A stretch of DNA of 64,000 nucleotides. It comes from Actinomycetota bacterium. Lineage in GTDB: Bacteria; Actinomycetota; AC-67. The stretch covers positions 2,105 to 66,104 of the forward strand of contig DASWJS010000015.1 in assembly GCA_036397035.1 (NCBI GenBank), given 5' to 3'. The first letter of the stretch is position 1. Each line of letters opens with the position of its first letter. This document shows positions 27,720-37,614 of this stretch, in pieces. The notes below the pieces were generated by a model. It saw nothing but the letters and a program-made list of their open reading frames with translations. It was not told where the DNA came from and did no database searches. The position numbers were made by a program, and so were the translations under genes.

Positions 27720-30089
27720 ATGTTGGACGGCATGCAGGAAACGAAGCGCTCCGGGCACACCCATCGCGTACGCGCCCTCGTCGTGACGGCATGTCTGGCA
27801 ATCGGCTCGCTGGCGACCGCCGGGAGCCGGGCCTCGGCCACGGACTTCACCGCCTCGGGAAGCGCAGAGCAGGTCTACGTCCTCGGCGCGGCGCCCGGCG
27901 TGGAGATGTCGCTGCTCACGCCCGAGGGCGCCGTTCTGTACACGCAGACCGCGAACGCGAACGGGGGGCTGCTGTTCCGCGACGTCCCGCCGGGCGAGGG
28001 ATACCGTGTCGAGTCCGACGGGACCCTGTCGAACCCGCTCACCGTGCACGGCGACGACGCAGCGCCGTGGGATCCGAGCATCTACCAGCAGCCCATCCCT
28101 GCCAGCGGGTACGGCTACCTCACGACCCGCGACGGGACGCAGCTCGCCTACACCGTCCACCCGCCGACCAGCCCGGCAGGTCAGCCGGGGCTGCCGCACG
28201 GCACCGACGTGCCCGACGGCCCCGCCGGCGTGGACTACCTCCCGCCCTACCCCACGCTGATCGAGTATTCCGGATACGGCTACGCCAACCCAGCCGGGCC
28301 CCAGAGCGGGATCGCCGTCCTTGCGAACCTCATGGGCTTTGCCGTCGTCGACGTGAACATGCGCGGGACGGGTTGCTCGGGCGGCGCCTTCGACTTCTTC
28401 GAGCCGCTGCAGAGCCTGGACGGCTACGACGTCGTGGAGACGATCGCCAACCAGCCGTGGGTGCTCGGCAACCGCGTCGGGATGCTCGGCATCTCCTACG
28501 GCGGGATCAGCCAACTGTTCACCGCGCAGCTTCAACCGCCTCACCTGGCGGCGATCACGCCGCTGTCGGTCATCGACGCGACCGCGACGACGCTGTACCC
28601 GGGCGGCATCCTCAACACGGGCTTCGCCGTCGCCTGGGCCGCAGAGCGCCAGAGCCAGGCTCGCCCGGCGCCGGACGGACAGGGCTGGGCGAACCAGCGG
28701 ATCGAAGAAGGCGACGAGACGTGCGCCGCCAATCAGGCGCTCCACGGCGAGGCGGCCGACCTGATGCAGAAGATCACCGACAACAGCCACTACGTCCCGG
28801 CGGTCGCCGACCCGCTCGACCCGGTGACGTTCGTTCACAAGATCAACGTGCCGACGTTCATGGTCTGCCAGTGGCAGGACGAGCAGACCGGCGGGCACTG
28901 CCCGGAGCTGGCCAAGAACTTCACCGGCACGGACAAGAAGTGGTTCACCTTCACGAACGGCGCCCATATCGACTCGCTGGATCCCGAGACCTACAACCGC
29001 TGGTACGACTTCCTGCAGTTGTACGTCGCCCGCCAGGCGCCGATCGTCAACCAGGCGCTCAGCCGCGCGGCCGCGCCGGTCATCTACCAGGAGGCGATGG
29101 GCCTTCCCGACGACCACGTCGTCACCCTGCCGCTCGATCCCATCCAGCAAATCCCCACCTACGACGCGGCTCTCGCAGCCTTCGAAGCGCAGCCGCCGAT
29201 CCGCGTGCTGTTCGACAACGGCGCCGGCACCTCGCCGACCGGGGACCAAACCCCGGGCGACCCGTACGCGGCGTTCGCGCGCGATTTCTCCTCCTTCCCG
29301 ATTCCCGGCACGGCCGCGCAAACCTGGTACTTCGGCCCGGAGGGCGCCCTCTCGGACCAGTTGCCGCCGGACGCGGGCATCGACCAGTACACGTCCGACG
29401 TGAGCGCGCTGCCCCTGACGAACTTCACCGGAGGCACCGGCGGCGGCGGCCTGTGGGGCAACGCGTCCCAGTGGATCTGGGATTGGCAGCAGAACCCGGC
29501 CGGGAAGGCTCTGTCCTACGTCTCGTCACCGCTCGCCGCGGACACGACGGTCATCGGCGCCGGAGCCGTCTACGCCTGGGTGCGCTCGTCGACCCCCGAC
29601 GTGGACCTTCAAGCCACGATCAGCGAGGTTCGTCCGGACGGCAACGAGACGTTCGTTCAGAACGGCTACATGCGCGCCAGCGAACGCAAGCTCTCCACCG
29701 ACGCCGGCAACCTGTTCAAGACGCCCAGCACGCTGCTCAACCCGATCCCGAGCTTCCTGGAGGCGGACGCGTCCCCCATGCCGAGCGGCGAGTTCGTCAA
29801 GGTCGCGATCCCGCTCTACTACCAGGGACATGTCTATCGAGCGGGCTCGCGCATCCGCGTGACCATCGCGGCGCCGAACGGCGCGCAGCCCGTGTGGTCG
29901 TTCGGCGAGACGGTGCCGGCCGGCACGGCGGAGGTGTCGATCGCGTTCTCTCCGACGCAACCCTCGAAGCTCGTGCTCCCGGTGGTGCCGGGGTTCCGGG
30001 CCCCGACGCCGTTGCCGCCGTGCCCGAGCTTGCGGAACCAGCCATGCAGGCCCTATCAAGCGATCGTCAACGGCTCGGCATCGCAATAG
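27720..30089 (+). CDS. Secreted CocE/NonD (S15-like) serine hydrolase
   Basis: Signal peptide, YPTLIEYSGY, VNMRGTGCSGG, GISYGG nucleophile elbow, C-terminal jelly-roll. Confidence 0.85.
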   Translation: MLDGMQETKRSGHTHRVRALVVTACLAIGSLATAGSRASATDFTASGSAEQVYVLGAAPGVEMSLLTPEGAVLYTQTANANGGLLFRDVPPGEGYRVESDGTLSNPLTVHGDDAAPWDPSIYQQPIPASGYGYLTTRDGTQLAYTVHPPTSPAGQPGLPHGTDVPDGPAGVDYLPPYPTLIEYSGYGYANPAGPQSGIAVLANLMGFAVVDVNMRGTGCSGGAFDFFEPLQSLDGYDVVETIANQPWVLGNRVGMLGISYGGISQLFTAQLQPPHLAAITPLSVIDATATTLYPGGILNTGFAVAWAAERQSQARPAPDGQGWANQRIEEGDETCAANQALHGEAADLMQKITDNSHYVPAVADPLDPVTFVHKINVPTFMVCQWQDEQTGGHCPELAKNFTGTDKKWFTFTNGAHIDSLDPETYNRWYDFLQLYVARQAPIVNQALSRAAAPVIYQEAMGLPDDHVVTLPLDPIQQIPTYDAALAAFEAQPPIRVLFDNGAGTSPTGDQTPGDPYAAFARDFSSFPIPGTAAQTWYFGPEGALSDQLPPDAGIDQYTSDVSALPLTNFTGGTGGGGLWGNASQWIWDWQQNPAGKALSYVSSPLAADTTVIGAGAVYAWVRSSTPDVDLQATISEVRPDGNETFVQNGYMRASERKLSTDAGNLFKTPSTLLNPIPSFLEADASPMPSGEFVKVAIPLYYQGHVYRAGSRIRVTIAAPNGAQPVWSFGETVPAGTAEVSIAFSPTQPSKLVLPVVPGFRAPTPLPPCPSLRNQPCRPYQAIVNGSASQ

Positions 30090-30237
30090 CCACCGCTTCT
30101 CGACCGTTCGCACGGCCGACCTGATCGTCGTGGTCGAAGGCGGGCACGTCCGCGAGGTCGGGACGCACGCGGAACTGATGGCGCGCCGGGGCCTGTACGC
30201 CGAGCTGTTCGCGCTCCAAGCCTCGGCGTATCGATAG
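30088..30237 (+). pseudogene. Orphan C-terminal 49 codons of an ABC exporter ATPase
   Basis: SHRFSTVRTADLIVVVEGGHVREVGTHAELMARRGLYAELFALQASAYR*; no start and no Walker motifs; absent from the ORF track. Confidence 0.85.
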
Positions 30238-30446
30238 ACGAGTGACTAGGGCCGATTAGTCCAACGCCTCGGGCCCGTTGGGGTCAATGCGAGCGGGGAA
30301 TGCGGCCAATTGGAACGGTTGACCCCGATTGAACGACGTGCCTACCCTCGCCTCGACGAAGGGTTCCCGAGGCCCGAACGAGGTGCCGTCGAGCCGCTCG
30401 AACGCTCCGTGCGCCGAGCATCGCGTAGCGAAAGGAGCTGGCCGCC

Positions 30447-31736
30447 ATGCAACCCACTTCTCGAACCGGTCTTCGTCTTGCGTTCGTCACCGGCCTGCTC
30501 CTCGCGTTTCTTTCCGTTGGGACGCCGGGCGTTCACGGCGGCACGTTCCCCGGCGTCAACGGACTCCTGGCGTTCAGCAGCGACCGGGCGAGCGCGGGCA
30601 GCGCCGAGGTCTACACCATGAACGCGGACGGGACGGGCGTCACCCAACTGACCGACGCCGCGGGTCAGAGCCGGTACCCGTCGTGGTCACCCGACGGGAC
30701 GCGGATCGTGTTCGGCAGCTCACGAGACGGCAACTGGGAGATCTACGTCATGAACGCGGACGGCAGCGGCCAGACGCGGCTCACATTCGACGCCGCGGAG
30801 GACGCCTCACCGTCCTGGTCGCACGACGGGACGAAGATTGCGTTCGTCAGCTACCGAACCACGGCAGGCAATCCGACCGGCGACTCGGAGATCTTCGTGA
30901 TGAACGCGGACGGCAGCGGCCTGACACAGCTCACGGACAACCTGGTTGCGGACGCCGGCCCTTCCTGGTCTCCGAACGGGAATCGGATCGCGTTCGATCG
31001 CGACGCGGCAGGCCCTTCGGAGATCTGGGTCATGAAGCCCGACGGAAGCGCGCAAACCCAGCTCACGTTCAACGCCGGCACCCAGGACGTCCAGGCCTCG
31101 TGGTCTCCCGATGGAGGCATGATCGTGTGGACTCGCGATTTCGGGGGCTGCAGCAGCGCCGACGTGCAGCGGATGGACGCCGACGGCACCGACCAAGCTC
31201 CCTTCATCTGCCGCGGCGGCCACGATTCGGACGGGTCCTATGGACCCGACGGCACGAGGGTAGCGTTCGTCGGTTTCGACGGCGATCACGAGGTGTACAT
31301 CAGGGACGCGGACGGCTTGTCCAACGAGACGAAGCTGACCGACAACTCGGCATTCGACGGGGACGTCGACTGGCAGCCGCTGTCGAACTACGACTTCGTC
31401 GGCTTCTTTGCGCCCATCAACGGTCTCCCCACACTGAATCGCGTCAAGGCGGGCGCGGCGGTTCCCGTGAAGTTCAGCCTGAACGGCGACTACGGGCTCG
31501 ACATCTTCACGGCCGGCTACCCGAAGTCATTGGCCATCGCCTGTGATTCGGGCGGTTCGGTGGACGGGATCGAAGACACGGTGACGGCGGGATCGAGCGG
31601 CCTGTCCTACGACACGGCGTCGGACACCTACACCTACGTATGGAAGACGTCCAAGGGTTGGAAGGGCACCTGCCGGCAGCTAAACGTCAAACTCGACGAC
31701 GGAACCTCGTACTACGCGAACTTCATGTTCACGTAG
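30447..31736 (+). CDS. Secreted TolB-like (PD40 repeat) beta-propeller with C-terminal PxKF domain
   Basis: Repeated PSWSPDG..IAF; C-terminal GFFAPIN...KAGAAVPVKFSL...YTYVWKT. Confidence 0.85.
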   Translation: MQPTSRTGLRLAFVTGLLLAFLSVGTPGVHGGTFPGVNGLLAFSSDRASAGSAEVYTMNADGTGVTQLTDAAGQSRYPSWSPDGTRIVFGSSRDGNWEIYVMNADGSGQTRLTFDAAEDASPSWSHDGTKIAFVSYRTTAGNPTGDSEIFVMNADGSGLTQLTDNLVADAGPSWSPNGNRIAFDRDAAGPSEIWVMKPDGSAQTQLTFNAGTQDVQASWSPDGGMIVWTRDFGGCSSADVQRMDADGTDQAPFICRGGHDSDGSYGPDGTRVAFVGFDGDHEVYIRDADGLSNETKLTDNSAFDGDVDWQPLSNYDFVGFFAPINGLPTLNRVKAGAAVPVKFSLNGDYGLDIFTAGYPKSLAIACDSGGSVDGIEDTVTAGSSGLSYDTASDTYTYVWKTSKGWKGTCRQLNVKLDDGTSYYANFMFT

Positions 31737-31738
31737 GG

Positions 31739-32145
31739 TCAGCCTTCGACATGGGCGGTCATCTTCGTCGCCCAGGCGCGCCAGCCGTCGGGCAGGGCTT
31801 CGGCGGCGAGCAGCTCGGCGGCGCGATCGTGCGCGTGGTGATAGACGTGCCCGATCAACGAGATCGAGACGTCGTGGTCGGGACGCTCGACGACCTCGAT
31901 CGCGTCGCCGGCGCCCAGCTCGCCCTCTTCCGGGATCGCGAAGTAGGCGCCCCACCGCGCGGCTCGCGCGAAGGCGCGCGGGAACGACGGGTCTTCCATC
32001 CGGATGCCGAGCTTGAAGCACGGCATCCGCGGCTGCGTGACTTGAACGAGCACGGAGCCGATGCGCCACGTTTCGCCGACCAGCGCCTCGTTGACCGCCT
32101 GGTCGTCCCCGTCGACGTTGAAATCCCGAACGCTGCGCCGGCCCC
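31739..32145 (-). pseudogene. MOSC (YiiM-like) domain remnant
   Basis: WRIGSVLVQVTQPRMPCFKL present; start codon and HGG..KAV...GENL segment missing. Confidence 0.75.
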
Positions 32146-32616
32146 CTATGCGTCGCCGTCCTGCGCGCGGGGGGCGCCGAGGCTCGTGAGCGCCTTGGTC
32201 AGGCCCGTCGCGACCGGCTTCCCGCGGGTCAGGCGCACCAGCCCGACGATCATCTTCCCCTTGAACCCGACGCCCGTCCGGCTCCACGAGACGTGGACCC
32301 GGCTTCCGGCGTCGCTCGGCTCGACCCGTGCCGACACGAAGCTGCCGGGCGTGCAGAAGTTGGACTCGCGAACCGTCCACGTGACCGTCCCCGGCGTCGA
32401 CCAGTCGTACTCCTCGATCGCCCAGAGCCGCGGGCTGCGCTGGCCCTCGCGCACGATCGCGTGCGGCCCGGAGATCGAGTCCACGCGATAGACCTTCGGA
32501 TCCAGGTCGGGCCAGATCTCGGGACGACGCTCGGTGAAGTCCGTGAGCGCCCCGATGACGGTCTCGGCCGGGACCGGCACGTCGATGTCGAACGCGATCT
32601 TCGTCATCGTCGTCAC
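32146..32616 (-). CDS. SRPBCC/polyketide cyclase-like protein
   Basis: VPAETVIGALTDFTERRPEIWPDL; helix-grip pattern. Confidence 0.7.
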   Translation of the reverse strand: MTTMTKIAFDIDVPVPAETVIGALTDFTERRPEIWPDLDPKVYRVDSISGPHAIVREGQRSPRLWAIEEYDWSTPGTVTWTVRESNFCTPGSFVSARVEPSDAGSRVHVSWSRTGVGFKGKMIVGLVRLTRGKPVATGLTKALTSLGAPRAQDGDA

Positions 32617-32909
32617 GCCCTCTCGTCAAGCGTGACCTCGTACCGCTCGACCCCGACGATCTCGTCGCCGGCGTCATCGGCCACGCCGCTGCGGATGGCG
32701 TTCGCCTTCTCCTCGCTGGCCCGCAGCGCACCCTCGGTCTGCCAGAGCGTGATGCCCATCGACTTCCCGGTGGTGTCGTCGGCCAGGATCAGGAAGCCGG
32801 CGAAGCCCTCCATCTCGCGCGCCACCGGAAGGACCTTCTCCCGTGCGATCCGGGTCGACTCCTTGGCCTCCCCCGGGTTCCCCTTGAAGATGCTCACGCG
32901 TGCGAACAT
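32613..32909 (-). CDS. ABM-like dimeric alpha-beta barrel protein
   Basis: MFARVS...VLPVAREMEGFAG...GITLW; GAGGAGG RBS. Confidence 0.7.
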   Translation of the reverse strand: MFARVSIFKGNPGEAKESTRIAREKVLPVAREMEGFAGFLILADDTTGKSMGITLWQTEGALRASEEKANAIRSGVADDAGDEIVGVERYEVTLDERA

Positions 32910-32930
32910 CCCTATCACCTCCTCGATTCG

Positions 32931-34258
32931 TCAGGCTACGGGTGACCCCGTGCCCGGGGCATCGGTAGAACTACCTATTCTCGACTCAAGGAGCAGATCG
33001 TTCTCCATCGCGAACAGGGCGGCGGAGGCGCGCGTCGAAGCCCCGATCTTGGTGTAGACGTGCTGGACGTGCTGGACGTGGTGCTCGGCGGTGCGCGAGG
33101 AGATCGACAGCCGGCGCGCGATCTGCCGGTTGGTCAGCCCTCGGGCGAGCAGCCGCACCACCTCGACTTCGCGATTGCTGAGGCCGGCGGGCCTGGCGGC
33201 TCGGACGGCGAGGTCCGCGTGGCCGGCGGCCTCCACGACGGCGCGAACGCAATCGGGCTCCAGCAGGCCGGCGGCGGCGTCCGCCTTGATCGCGTCGGCT
33301 GCTTGCTCGGCCGTTCGAGCCGGGCGGTGCGGGCGCTCCTGGGTCATGGCCTGGTAGGCGTCGGCCGCGGCGAGCAGCTTCGCCGCCGCGGGGATCTCGG
33401 CGCCGGACGCGCCGTGGTGATAGCCGGTGCCGTCCTGGCGCTCGTGGTGCATGCCGGCGATTCGCGCGAGCGGCGCGAGCGCCGAGGACCGGGCCAGGAT
33501 GCGCTCGGAGTGGTAGGGGTGCAGTCGAACCGATTCCCACTCGGCTGTCGTGAGCGGGCCCGCCTTGTCCCAGATCCCGTTGCCGACGCCCGTTCGGCCC
33601 AGGTCGTGGACGAGCGCCGCTCGCCGCACGCTCACGGCGTCCGCGAGCCCGAGGCCGCGCGCGGCTCGTTCCGCGACCTCCGCCACGCCGGAGGAGTGAC
33701 CCAGCGTGTAGGGCGACTTCAAGTCGACCATGTCGGCGAACGTTCGAAGGACGCGATCGAGGTCCGCCTCGCCGATGGTGCGGGCGGGCGACGGCTCGGC
33801 GTCCACGACCGCGGTCCAGGGATCGCCGGCCGCGATCTCGGCAAGGAGGCCCGGCCCACGCGTCCGGAACCGTGATCTGCTCGTCGCCCTTCTTGCCGGA
33901 TCGAAGCGCACGGGCGAGGTAGCGCGGACGACTGAGCCCCGTGCCCGTTCCGGTCGCAAGCAACAGCGCCATCGTCTCGCGAGCATCGCCGAAGTCGGTT
34001 CGCTCCGCGGAGGGCCGGAAGGTCTGCTCGTCGACGAACAGATAGGCCTCTTCATGCGCGGTCGCCGTACACCCGAGGTGGCGAAGGAGCGTCGTCAAGT
34101 ACACGTTCCCGGACCTCTTCCTCGGGCAGGTCCATCCCCCGCGCGAGGCCCGTCGCCAGCAGGCACGAACGGATCGCCTTCTCCGGCGCCTGGCCCATGC
34201 CCAGGTCGGTGGCGACGGATATCGCCGCCAGCAGGTCGATGAGCCGAAGGTCCGTCAT
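32931..34258 (-). pseudogene. HD-domain / LuxR-HTH regulator, disrupted
   Basis: Split over three frames: LAAISVATDLGMG, LLRHLGCT, DLKSPYTLGHS...HHERQDGTGY...LSNREVEV. Confidence 0.85.
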
Positions 34259-34336
34259 GCCGAGCTCCCCCAGATCGAGGCTCCAAGCATGCCAGGCCGC
34301 GCGGCCGGAGCCGGGCTGGCTCGCTGAGCCGAGCGG

Positions 34337-35809
34337 CTAGCGGGCGAGGTGCTCGCGCAGGGCGCGCCGGCCGACGACCGCCGCGAGCGAGATCATCGCG
34401 GCGAGGTTCGCCAGCCCGGCGAGACCGACCGGCAGGCCGCCGCCGGGTGCCAGGGGGCGGGGCGCCCCGACGATCGCCGGGCGGAAGCCGCCGAGCACGG
34501 AGGCGGGGTCGGCTTCGTGCGGCGGCTCGGCGAGCACGACGGTCCGGGGCACCGCCGGGAGCCGCGCCGGGAGCTTCGGAGCCCGCGCCGCGCCGGCCGG
34601 GACGACGACGAGCGCGTTGGCGACGGGCCGCTCGACGTTGCGCGCGTGCACGCCCGCGCCGACCGACTGCACGATGCGCGAGCCGCGCGCGCTCGGCAGC
34701 AGCCGGTCGCTCGGCCTGTTCACGACGTCGCCGCCGACGACGAAGGTCGTCGAGCCGCCGCCGTCCAAGTTGAGCGCGTCCGTCGCACCGAGCTCGATCA
34801 TCACGTTGGCCGCCTGCACCAGCGTTGCGCCCGCGCTGTAGCCGGGCTGGCGTCCGTCGATCGCGACCAGGAGGATCTCGCCGGCGTCGTTCCAGCCGAC
34901 GATCGTGCGCGGGTGCCGCGACCGCACGAACGAGCCGCCGTCGTCCTCGACGACGCGCCGGCCGTCGCGCACCAGCACCGGCACGCCCCCGATCGCGGTC
35001 GTGACCTCCGGCGTGGTCTCCACGCGCAGCAGCATCTCGCGACCGGCGTCGCCGGCCTGCATCGCGCGCCAGAGCGCGCGCAGCGCCCGGGCCGCCTTGC
35101 CGTTGCCCGACAGCACCGCCCCCACAGCCGGGATTCGCGCGTTGCCGATCCCGGAGGCGAACGAGCGCGCGCGCACGAGGACCGTTTGCCCGAGCAGGAG
35201 CCTTCCGCCCCGGGGCGTCACGAACCGAAGGGACAGCTCGGCGCCGTGCCGGTTGGTCGCGGTCCGGTTCCCGAAGGCGCGGGTGTAGAGCACCAGGCCG
35301 TTCCTGCCGCGTTCGCGGTTCACCGCGCGGAGGCGCAGCCGGTCGAGGTCCGTCGTGACGATCGAGCCGTACCAGTCGAGCGCCCCCGCCCGCACGGCGC
35401 CGTCGCGACCCACCATGAGCTGCCGGTGCGAGCGAGCGGGCGATCGGATCATCTCGCCGCCGGACACCACGGCCCCCACCGGCGCGTTGCCGCGGAAGAA
35501 GTCCCCGTTGATCGCCGCGATGCACCCGACGCGCGCGCACATCGCGCTCGGGCGTTCCAGGTGCGCGCCGTCGACGGCGTCGGCGGCGCTGACCGTTCGA
35601 AGCTCGGCTTGGGCTTCCGGCGAGATGCGCGCGACGTTGACGCTGAGGTCGGGGTCAGCGGCCGTGAGGTGCTCGTGAACGACGCCGGTGGCGAGGCGAG
35701 CCCGGCGATCCCTGGCCAGGTCGCGCGCGCCGGCCGCGTGGCCGGGACTGAGCGGCGCGACGGCGGCCGCGAGCGCGGCCGCTAGGACGATGGCACGACG
35801 TAGACGCAT
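34337..35809 (-). CDS. Secreted/anchored phosphodiester glycosidase (NAGPA-like) protein
   Basis: Signal peptide from ATG 35809, AINGDFF, RHPRTIVG, IDGRQPGYS, LNLDGGGST, C-terminal TM. Confidence 0.85.
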   Translation of the reverse strand: MRLRRAIVLAAALAAAVAPLSPGHAAGARDLARDRRARLATGVVHEHLTAADPDLSVNVARISPEAQAELRTVSAADAVDGAHLERPSAMCARVGCIAAINGDFFRGNAPVGAVVSGGEMIRSPARSHRQLMVGRDGAVRAGALDWYGSIVTTDLDRLRLRAVNRERGRNGLVLYTRAFGNRTATNRHGAELSLRFVTPRGGRLLLGQTVLVRARSFASGIGNARIPAVGAVLSGNGKAARALRALWRAMQAGDAGREMLLRVETTPEVTTAIGGVPVLVRDGRRVVEDDGGSFVRSRHPRTIVGWNDAGEILLVAIDGRQPGYSAGATLVQAANVMIELGATDALNLDGGGSTTFVVGGDVVNRPSDRLLPSARGSRIVQSVGAGVHARNVERPVANALVVVPAGAARAPKLPARLPAVPRTVVLAEPPHEADPASVLGGFRPAIVGAPRPLAPGGGLPVGLAGLANLAAMISLAAVVGRRALREHLAR

Positions 35810-36052
35810 GACCTCTGCTTCGATCTCGTGGGCTCCCCACCGGACTAACGACCTCGTCCGGCCGGAGAAACGCTGTGAGAGGGCGTCCGCGTTGCGGACG
35901 CGTAACGATCGCCGCCGGCCCGGGCAATCCGCGGCAAGCCGATAGAACCGGCAAAACCAGGACATCCGAACCGCAAAACAGGAGATCCGGCCGCCGGGGA
36001 AGAACTGCTCGGAAGCGGCGGAAGAAGTCGTTCCGAACAGAACGGGAGGGAC

Positions 36053-37561
36053 GTGAACCGCAGGATCGCGGTCCTGGTGGTCGCCTCGGCGCTCGCCGTC
36101 CCCGGCGTCGTGAGCGCGAAAGTGGACGCGACGTGCCCGCCGATCAACGCGACGACCGCGGTGGCCGGGGTGGTCCAGGACGCCTTCGGCACACCCGTCC
36201 CCGGCCTGACGGTGAGGCCGCACGTGGTCAACAACCCCGCGACGCTCGCCGACTTCGACGTCACCGACGCGCAGGGCCGCTACCGCATCTGCATCGGCGA
36301 GGAGAGCGGCCAGGGTCACAACGCCTACGACATCTACGTCCGCGACGAGAACGACGAGCCGCTCTTCGCCACGGTCAACCAGCCCTACACGACCGTGACC
36401 AACATGGGCGACGCGGACTTCACGCCCGCGACGGGGCTGCCCGTCCTGTACACCACGAACCTCAGCATCGTTCCCCAGGACATCTCGACCGCGACGAGCG
36501 GCCGCTTGGTCGAGTTCGTGGTCCGCTCGAAGGCGCCGGCCTCGACGACGATGGAGCTGACGCTCGAGCACCTTCCCGCGGGCCCGCCGATCGACATGCC
36601 CGCCGACGGGACCGAAGGGGGCGGGCCGCTCGCCGGAGGCTGGAACCGCTGGAAGCACAGCGTTTGGTTCGCCGAGGACACGGGCGAGCGGCAGTGGTGG
36701 GCCGACCTCGTCGGCAAGGCCGGCTCGCTGCCGATCACCCAGGCCGACCGCGTGCCCTACGTCGTGGACAACACGCCGCCGCTGATCAACAACGGCTCGA
36801 CGCCGCTGACGTGCGACCCCGGAGTCGTGGCGAACCCCCTCTCGCCGCCGGAGACGACGAACCCGCAACCGGTCGTCACCCAAGGCGCGTGCGACAAGTT
36901 CGTGAACAACGCACGATCCGGACTCAACCCGTTCTCGCTGACCGGCAAGATCTGCCCGACGAGCAACCTGTCGAACCCCGCCTGCGAGGCCATCCACCCC
37001 GTGCTCGACGAGCAGGCGATCACCTGGCTCCCGCCGGCGCCGCTCGCGCTGGGCGACCACTACCTCGGCTGGACGATCCGCGACTACGCGGGCAACCAGG
37101 TCTCCTCGCCGGTCGGCAAGCTCCTTCGCATCACCGACTCGGGCGGGCAAACGCCGGTGATCAACGGCCTGCAGCCGGGGAACCTCGGCCAGGGTCAGAC
37201 GCTCGGCGTCGTGATCGGCGCGACGCCGACGACGCCCTCGTCGGCGCCCTACATCGGGTTCAAGGTGACCGACGCCGACGGCTACCGCGACATCGCGCCC
37301 GGCTCGGTCACGTTGCGGGTCTACTACCAGGACGAGAACGCGCTCGTGTACGTCTACGACCCGGCGATGGGGCCGTTCGAATACGACCCGGTCACCAAGC
37401 GCGGCGGCGCCGACTTCGACCTCACGACCGGCGTGCTTCGGGCGTCCTACCGGCCGCAGGGAGCGCCGCCGGGGCGCTACCTGGCCTCCGCCTCGGCCAC
37501 GGACCACGGCGGCAACTCCGTCACGATGTCCTGGCACTGGCTCCTGGTCGCCGCGGTCTAG
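36053..37561 (+). CDS. Secreted hypothetical protein, beta-rich multi-domain
   Basis: Signal peptide, GGGAGG RBS, VTDAQGRY carboxypeptidase-regulatory-like motif, VVDNTPP linker. Confidence 0.7.
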   Translation: MNRRIAVLVVASALAVPGVVSAKVDATCPPINATTAVAGVVQDAFGTPVPGLTVRPHVVNNPATLADFDVTDAQGRYRICIGEESGQGHNAYDIYVRDENDEPLFATVNQPYTTVTNMGDADFTPATGLPVLYTTNLSIVPQDISTATSGRLVEFVVRSKAPASTTMELTLEHLPAGPPIDMPADGTEGGGPLAGGWNRWKHSVWFAEDTGERQWWADLVGKAGSLPITQADRVPYVVDNTPPLINNGSTPLTCDPGVVANPLSPPETTNPQPVVTQGACDKFVNNARSGLNPFSLTGKICPTSNLSNPACEAIHPVLDEQAITWLPPAPLALGDHYLGWTIRDYAGNQVSSPVGKLLRITDSGGQTPVINGLQPGNLGQGQTLGVVIGATPTTPSSAPYIGFKVTDADGYRDIAPGSVTLRVYYQDENALVYVYDPAMGPFEYDPVTKRGGADFDLTTGVLRASYRPQGAPPGRYLASASATDHGGNSVTMSWHWLLVAAV

Positions 37562-37614
37562 CGAACCGGCCCGGGCTCCAAGGGGAACGGCGCGGTGGCC
37601 GTTACCCTTGGCTC

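Noticed and set aside
33380-33460. HD-GYP c-di-GMP phosphodiesterase linked to BldD
   Set aside because: The motif is HHERQDGTGYH rather than GYP, and the gene is a pseudogene, so no functional link can be claimed
35826-35870. CTAACGACCTCGT resembling the 3' end of a c-di-AMP (ydaO) riboswitch
   Set aside because: The GAATCC, GGAACC and GGGGNGAA elements are absent and the orientation does not fit the downstream gene
35925-35995. GGCAAA-containing segments resembling a c-di-GMP-I (GEMM) riboswitch
   Set aside because: No GNRA-capped P2 stem and no tetraloop receptor could be built; better explained as a tandem DNA repeat
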